DNA from: Candidatus Heimdallarchaeota archaeon
GTDB taxonomy: Archaea > Asgardarchaeota > Heimdallarchaeia > Hodarchaeales > Hodarchaeaceae
Direction: 5' to 3'
DNA length: 44,714 nucleotides
NCBI GenBank assembly: GCA_019057635.1
Contig: DXJL01000090.1
Location: 1 to 44,714 of the forward strand
Notes under the pieces: generated by a model
Told to the model about the DNA's origin: nothing
Database searches by the model: none
The model's input: only the letters and a program-made list of their open reading frames with translations
Shown here: positions 39,599 to 44,714 of the stretch, piece after piece
Layout of the letters: each line of letters starts with the position of its first letter
Position numbering within the stretch: position 1 is the stretch's first letter
Program-made: the position numbers and the translations under genes

Positions 39599-40277
39599 TT
39601 CGAGCATCGACAACAGTCACACCCTTATCCGTAGCAAAAATTGGATTAAGGTCTAACTCTTCAATTTCAGGAAATTTTTCAATGAACTTTGAAGTTTTCA
39701 TTAATAATTCAATTAACGCTTTCTTGTCAACTATTGGCTGACCACGAATACCATCCAGTATTTTTGCGGCCTTAATCTCCGAAATCATTTCAGTTGCATC
39801 TTCTTGCTCAATTGGAATTAACCGAAATACAACATCTTTCAATATTTCTACATAAATCCCCCCAAGACCAAATGCCAAAATAGGTCCAAACATTGGATCC
39901 TGGGTAGAACCAATTAACAATTCGATTCCAGATTCCATCTTTTCAATCAAAAAGCCTTCTATTCGAGCATTGGGAAGAGATTTAGCAATTTTTTCTTTCA
40001 TTATCTCAAATTGTTCTTTTAATTCCTCAACACTTCTAATATCAGTAATCACTCCTCCAATATCTGATTTATGAAGAATATCCTCAGAGCTAACCTTTAG
40101 TACAATAGGAAAACCTATTTTTTTCGATTCAGATATTATTTCTTCTAGAGATTGTCCATAACCTGTTGGATTAACTGGAAATCCTTCTTTTATTAGAATT
40201 GTTTTTGATTCCTGAACTGTTAATACCTTTCTCTTCTGTTGTATTGCTGATGTTAGGATTTTTTTAGCTTCGGACAT
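39573..40277 (-). CDS. acdB: ADP-forming acyl-CoA synthetase beta subunit (ATP-grasp)
   Basis: GFPIVLKVSS, HKSDIGGV, DPMFGP, GLGGIYVEILKD, ELDLNP, VDARI. Confidence 0.92.
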   Translation of the reverse strand: MSEAKKILTSAIQQKRKVLTVQESKTILIKEGFPVNPTGYGQSLEEIISESKKIGFPIVLKVSSEDILHKSDIGGVITDIRSVEELKEQFEIMKEKIAKSLPNARIEGFLIEKMESGIELLIGSTQDPMFGPILAFGLGGIYVEILKDVVFRLIPIEQEDATEMISEIKAAKILDGIRGQPIVDKKALIELLMKTSKFIEKFPEIEELDLNPIFATDKGVTVVDARIILNDPAQ

Positions 40278-40387
40278 GTTTTTACCTTCTTACTATTCTC
40301 TTATCCAGTTTCATATTTTATCTCATATCAGATGGTAAGGACGCCGCTCCTGATAAGAACACTGAACGAAAATATGGAGGAACGGGG

Positions 40388-41287
40388 TTACTTTAAACTT
40401 TTTGTTAATAAGCCTGTAACTCCAGAGATTTGATTTTCTTCATTTAAATCACCTTTTAATATAACAGCAAATTCATTCTCATCACTGAGGATTTCTGTAT
40501 GATCATTAATAATTGAATAAATTGTTGCTTTTGTCCCAAGACTTCTAACTCCTGCTAATATTAGTACCCATTTTTCTGTGTCAATAGGATTCCGAAAAAT
40601 TGCTATTAAGGCTTGATTTGGTTCTGAAAATTCTTCCTTCCCTGACACTAACCTATTTTCAATAAAATAGACATTAAACTTTTGCTTCAGCGTATTATTA
40701 AACTTGGCTGTTAATTCATTTGTAATATGCCCTCCTATAAGAATCAGATTACTTAGTTTTGCTGGTTTCCCTGACAAATAATTCAGATCGGTAACGACAA
40801 GATTCGAGTTAGGGTGTAGGTTTGTATTTGCTAATTTAGTACCAAGATACCAACATAATTCACCCACAAGATGGCCATCGCGGGATATAGCATCATATTT
40901 TCCATGAGGAACCGAGCTTCCCACAACAATTCGTGCATCAAACTCCCTAGGTGTGCAGAATCGCGGTAAAAATAGTTTTTCAAAAACTGACTCTTCCACT
41001 TTAGAACCATTATTTAGTAATGGGAGTAAGAATTCAGTTGCGACAGGTCTTAGTAACTTGGCTCTTCCTTGTTTTATAGAGCGTAATCCTTTGAGCTCAA
41101 TTAAACCTGCTTTACGTAATTGGGTTAGATGATAGTGAATTTTCGATTCAGAAATATTTAATTCCTTTGCTAACTGTTTTGCATAAATAGGTTCATCTTG
41201 TATCAGTAGTTTCATTATTTTCCAACGTAATCTATGGGCAAGGACAATAGCTTGTGATGGATCAATAACATAAAGATGATTTTTCAT
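40388..41287 (-). CDS. ArsR-type HTH transcriptional regulator with large C-terminal domain
   Basis: LAHRLRWKIMKLL, AKQLAKEL, IHYHLTQLRKAGLI; C-terminal IVVGS..PHG, NLILIGG..TN; ATG at 41287. Confidence 0.8.
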   Translation of the reverse strand: MKNHLYVIDPSQAIVLAHRLRWKIMKLLIQDEPIYAKQLAKELNISESKIHYHLTQLRKAGLIELKGLRSIKQGRAKLLRPVATEFLLPLLNNGSKVEESVFEKLFLPRFCTPREFDARIVVGSSVPHGKYDAISRDGHLVGELCWYLGTKLANTNLHPNSNLVVTDLNYLSGKPAKLSNLILIGGHITNELTAKFNNTLKQKFNVYFIENRLVSGKEEFSEPNQALIAIFRNPIDTEKWVLILAGVRSLGTKATIYSIINDHTEILSDENEFAVILKGDLNEENQISGVTGLLTKSLK

Positions 41288-41618
41288 ATATTTTACTCCA
41301 TACATACTCGGATCTCGGACAGGAAGCAAAAAGAACTGCCTCTAAAAAAACTGACTCAAAATGAACTAGAATAGAAATTAATCAAAAAAGGTAGTTTGTG
41401 TCGTTTTTATCTCTGGAATTCTTTAGTACGAAGTACAGGATTAACGGGGCGAATTTCCTTCAGGAGAGCGAAAACAATTTCTAAAACTGATTTGAAAGTA
41501 TTATCTACTTCAAATAAATCTTAAGATAAGACATTTAAATACCTTTTATTGTAAAGTTTAACTACAGAATAATTTCTATCTATTCATTTCATCTCATTTC
41601 CGGGTGGAAGTACTTTAT

Positions 41619-43448
41619 ATGTGTGGAATCATTGCTATCACTACTCGCAGAAAAACCAATGTCTCAAAAATGATCACTTCAGGCTTGAAACGGCTAGAAT
41701 ATCGCGGTTATGACAGTGTAGGTATTGCAACAATCAGCGAGGGTAAAATCCAAACAATGAAAGATGCAGGTACAATAGATCAAGTAACCAGCAGACTCTC
41801 CTTTGATTCACTTAAAGGAAGTACAGGGATTGGACATACACGATGGGCAACTCATGGTCCACCTACTCGTATAAATGCGCATCCTCATGCTGATTGTTCA
41901 GATTCGTTAACGGTAGTTCATAATGGAATCATTGATAATTATCTATCTCTTAGAAATGATCTACAGAAGCAAGGTCATAAATTTAGATCAGAGACAGATA
42001 CAGAAGTTCTTGCACATCTGATAGAGGAAGAATTTAAATCAGAAAAAGGCCCCAATGCAGTTATCCAAGCTTTCAAGAAAGCTTTAGGCAAAATCGAAGG
42101 TACGTATGCGATTACATTAATTCATACGGCTGACCCTACAAAAATATTTTTAGCTCGCAAAGATAGTCCACTTGTTATTGGAGTACAGGATGATACAAAG
42201 TTCGCTGCGAGTGATATTCCCGCATTTTTAGAATATACTAAGAATGCTATTGTACTTAAAAATGGTGAAGTTGCCACATTAACACCAGATGCTGTCTATA
42301 TCGAGAAAAACGGATTTAGAGTTCAACCGAAACCGTTTATTGTATCTTGGACTGCAGAAAGTGCACAAAAAAGTGGATACCCCCATTTTATGCTAAAAGA
42401 AATTCATGAACAGCCTATTGCACTGCAGAATACCCTGAATGTAAATGTTAAGGCTCTTGAAGAGGCCACGAAGAGGATTCTTGAAGCAGAGAAAATCATT
42501 ATTCTGGCGGCAGGGACAAGTTATCATGCGGGACTCTCTGGATATTACCAATTTCAACGCTTACTAAAACAAAAACCTATATATCCAATAATTGCTTCGG
42601 AATACGAGACCTACAATCAACTCGTTGATGAAAATACGTGTATTCTAGCAGTAAGCCAATCTGGTGAAACTTTAGATGTGATGAAGGGCCTTACTGCGGC
42701 AAGAAAAGCTGGAGCAAAGATAATTTCGATAGCAAATGTCATTGATTCGTCAATACCCAGATTAAGTCAAGTTACTCTTTACACAAAAGCTGGACCAGAA
42801 ATAGGAGTTGCAGCTACCAAAACTCACACAGCCCAAGTTGCTCTTCTTGCGAGGTTATCACTACAATTAGAGTATTCATTGAATGTCTGGAATCAACAAG
42901 AATTTTCTTCTATTATTACAGATTTCACCTCAGAAGTCCCTTCCATTGCACGAACGGTAATCAATCAGAACGAATTTAAAGCAAAACAGCTAGCTTCTAT
43001 TATATCAGACCAAAATCATTCATATTTCCTTGCAAGAGGAAAAAATTTACCTATTGCTATGGAAGGAGCATTAAAATTAAAAGAAATATCTTACATTCAT
43101 GCTGAGGCTTTTCCTGCTGGAGAAAGTAAACATGGTCCGATTGCTATCGTAGAACCTAAATTTCCTGTCTTTATTATATCACCAAAAGACGAAACAAGGA
43201 AAAAAATGTTCAGCAATTCGGAAGAGATGAAAGCTCGGGGAGGATATATCATCTCCATAACGCATAAAAACCAAGAAATTGTTAGAAGATCTGATCAAAG
43301 TTTTCTGATTCCTGAATCATGTTCTCCCTTAATTACACCTATTTCATATGTTATTCCATTACAGATGATCTCATATTACGCCGCTGTCCATCGAGGCTTT
43401 GACCCTGACAAACCTAAAAACCTCGCTAAAACAGTTACGGTAGAATAA
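41619..43448 (+). CDS. glmS: Glutamine-fructose-6-phosphate aminotransferase
   Basis: MCGI start at 41619, LEYRGYDS, GHTRWATHG, SQSGET, ALKLKE, PKNLAKTVTVE. Confidence 0.98.
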   Translation: MCGIIAITTRRKTNVSKMITSGLKRLEYRGYDSVGIATISEGKIQTMKDAGTIDQVTSRLSFDSLKGSTGIGHTRWATHGPPTRINAHPHADCSDSLTVVHNGIIDNYLSLRNDLQKQGHKFRSETDTEVLAHLIEEEFKSEKGPNAVIQAFKKALGKIEGTYAITLIHTADPTKIFLARKDSPLVIGVQDDTKFAASDIPAFLEYTKNAIVLKNGEVATLTPDAVYIEKNGFRVQPKPFIVSWTAESAQKSGYPHFMLKEIHEQPIALQNTLNVNVKALEEATKRILEAEKIIILAAGTSYHAGLSGYYQFQRLLKQKPIYPIIASEYETYNQLVDENTCILAVSQSGETLDVMKGLTAARKAGAKIISIANVIDSSIPRLSQVTLYTKAGPEIGVAATKTHTAQVALLARLSLQLEYSLNVWNQQEFSSIITDFTSEVPSIARTVINQNEFKAKQLASIISDQNHSYFLARGKNLPIAMEGALKLKEISYIHAEAFPAGESKHGPIAIVEPKFPVFIISPKDETRKKMFSNSEEMKARGGYIISITHKNQEIVRRSDQSFLIPESCSPLITPISYVIPLQMISYYAAVHRGFDPDKPKNLAKTVTVE

Positions 43449-43462
43449 AAGGAAAAAAGAAA

Positions 43463-43822
43463 TTATTTGTATAGAACTCGTTCTAGGGCCTTTGAGGATT
43501 GATCTTTTTTCGTTTCAGTTTTCTCCTCATCATCTTGATCCATGGGTATTCGATAAAACTTATTCTCATTCCCAACCTGGACATAGATCGCCCCAGGATA
43601 TTTGTTTTTATTTTCTAATTTCTCTTTGAATTGACCGAAAAAACGAACAATTTCATCTTTAGTCTCAGATACAGCTATTACTCGGCTTCCATACAGCAAT
43701 ACCCATTTACCTTTACATATTGCTTTTCGTAAGAGAGCCTGCATACTCCAGTAAGATGCTTCTTCATGGAGAAAGTAATCTAAAATCGTCAAACAATTGC
43801 ATCCATTTTCTTGATGAATCAC
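43463..43822 (-). CDS. Hypothetical protein (DUF5678-like motif)
   Basis: GKWVLLYGSRVIAVSET pattern; start uncertain. Confidence 0.5.
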   Translation of the reverse strand: MIHQENGCNCLTILDYFLHEEASYWSMQALLRKAICKGKWVLLYGSRVIAVSETKDEIVRFFGQFKEKLENKNKYPGAIYVQVGNENKFYRIPMDQDDEEKTETKKDQSSKALERVLYK

Positions 43823-44069
43823 GATCTGTCAAGAAAAAATCAAGTCACATCTTAGAACTCAAGTTAAAAAACGTTATGGTTTTTAGAAATTTCTATATTA
43901 ACGCTTCATTTCTTCCAATATTGCAAATGGTGATTCGATTCCCACTATGAATAGTTTATATCAGAAGAAACTTAAAAATGATTCATTTTTACTCTTCAAA
44001 TTTCTCAGCTAATTCTAATATAGTATCGAATAAGAGCGGAAGATTTGAGAAATATAGATTTGTGAAAAT

Positions 44070-44567
44070 TTAAATAGGTTCAAACAGAATCCAGAAGTGT
44101 ATAGCAAATCCAGTTAGTATACCCATTACAATAAGACGAATTGTAGTACCGATAATTCGTTCTCTTATAGTTCTATCTTTACTCGTCTCGACAAAGAAAA
44201 TCAACCAAAAAACTGAGAATATTCCTCCAAATGAGAACAATAATGCTAATGGATAATACAACCCTTTATCAATGAATGGGGCCCAACCAGAGAATTCGTC
44301 TTCAGACGTTTCCGTAGTATCAGTAGTATCAGTAGTATCAGTAGTATCAGTTGTATCAGTTGTATCGGTAGTATCGGTAGTATCGTTTTCTAGGAGAATG
44401 TCAAATGCAATATAGAAGTTAGGTGTTTCAGTTTCTGGAACGACCGTTATTTTGTTATTATCACCATTCTCCTGTTGATAAGCTGATAGAGGGGTTACAA
44501 TAAATACTGTGAACAGAGTTAATGTAAAAAGACAAATAGCAACATGTCGAATACCCTTAGAGGTCAT
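44070..44567 (-). CDS. Membrane protein with signal peptide, (DTT)8 stalk and two C-terminal TM helices
   Basis: Hydrophobic N-terminus ending PLSA, Thr/Asp repeat, two TM segments. Confidence 0.8.
   Translation of the reverse strand: MTSKGIRHVAICLFTLTLFTVFIVTPLSAYQQENGDNNKITVVPETETPNFYIAFDILLENDTTDTTDTTDTTDTTDTTDTTDTTETSEDEFSGWAPFIDKGLYYPLALLFSFGGIFSVFWLIFFVETSKDRTIRERIIGTTIRLIVMGILTGFAIHFWILFEPI
44313..44384. repeat. 9-bp coding tandem repeat x8 (nGTWGTATC)
   Basis: Eight consecutive units, differing only at synonymous positions, encoding Asp-Thr-Thr. Confidence 0.95.
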
Positions 44568-44714
44568 TGTTTTTCTTTACTCCAAGAATCAGGCGGAAGA
44601 AATCGCCCTTTTCATCGAATCTTGCTTAAATGTAGTTGTTTAAAAAAACTTACTTAATGTTCGAGCTTCGTCAACTTTCCTTATTGATCTGTCAAATTGA
44701 GGGGAAAAGAATAA

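Noticed and set aside
40278-40387. Slightly GC-rich intergenic stretch as tRNA or C/D sRNA
   Set aside because: No cloverleaf or T-loop; CTGA copies are present but there is no convincing C box arrangement
41330-41618. glmS ribozyme upstream of glmS
   Set aside because: The conserved ribozyme core (AGCGC...GACGAGG) is not seen
836-43950. Many short overlapping ORFs in the six-frame track (e.g. 836-1051, 2176-2457, 11602-11811, 16082-16360, 29375-29641)
   Set aside because: They are antisense or off-frame shadows of well-supported genes or of rnpB, with no recognisable motifs
44313-44384. Tandem repeat as a CRISPR array
   Set aside because: 9-bp units with no spacers, inside a coding frame; no cas genes in the window

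Overview
Low-GC archaeal chromosomal segment. Gene content (Arf-family GTPase, Nip7, GINS/MCM/Cdc6, L7Ae/S28e/L24e) points to an Asgard archaeon, possibly Heimdallarchaeia; this is an inference. It holds a replication cluster (cdc6-GINS-MCM-hel308), a ribosome-biogenesis cluster around the RNase P RNA gene, a large isoprenoid locus, pgk, a decaying IS607-type element with intact TnpB, topoisomerase IA, glmS and several hypothetical genes. Top finding: the phosphomevalonate dehydratase large-subunit gene is interrupted by a 36-nt stop-containing insert (22423-22458, minus strand) that folds into a bulge-helix-bulge-type motif. Cleavage at the standard EndA positions restores the conserved NPAG-MD junction exactly, so this is a candidate tRNA-type intron in a metabolic mRNA. 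The locus also encodes the alternative classical PMK+MvaD mevalonate branch. Other leads: an alpha-SNAP-like protein next to the Arf GTPase, a DPM2-like membrane protein, an in-frame amber codon in an MBL hydrolase, and a Cys-to-Ser transglutaminase-like protein. All family calls are from motif recognition by eye; no searches were run.
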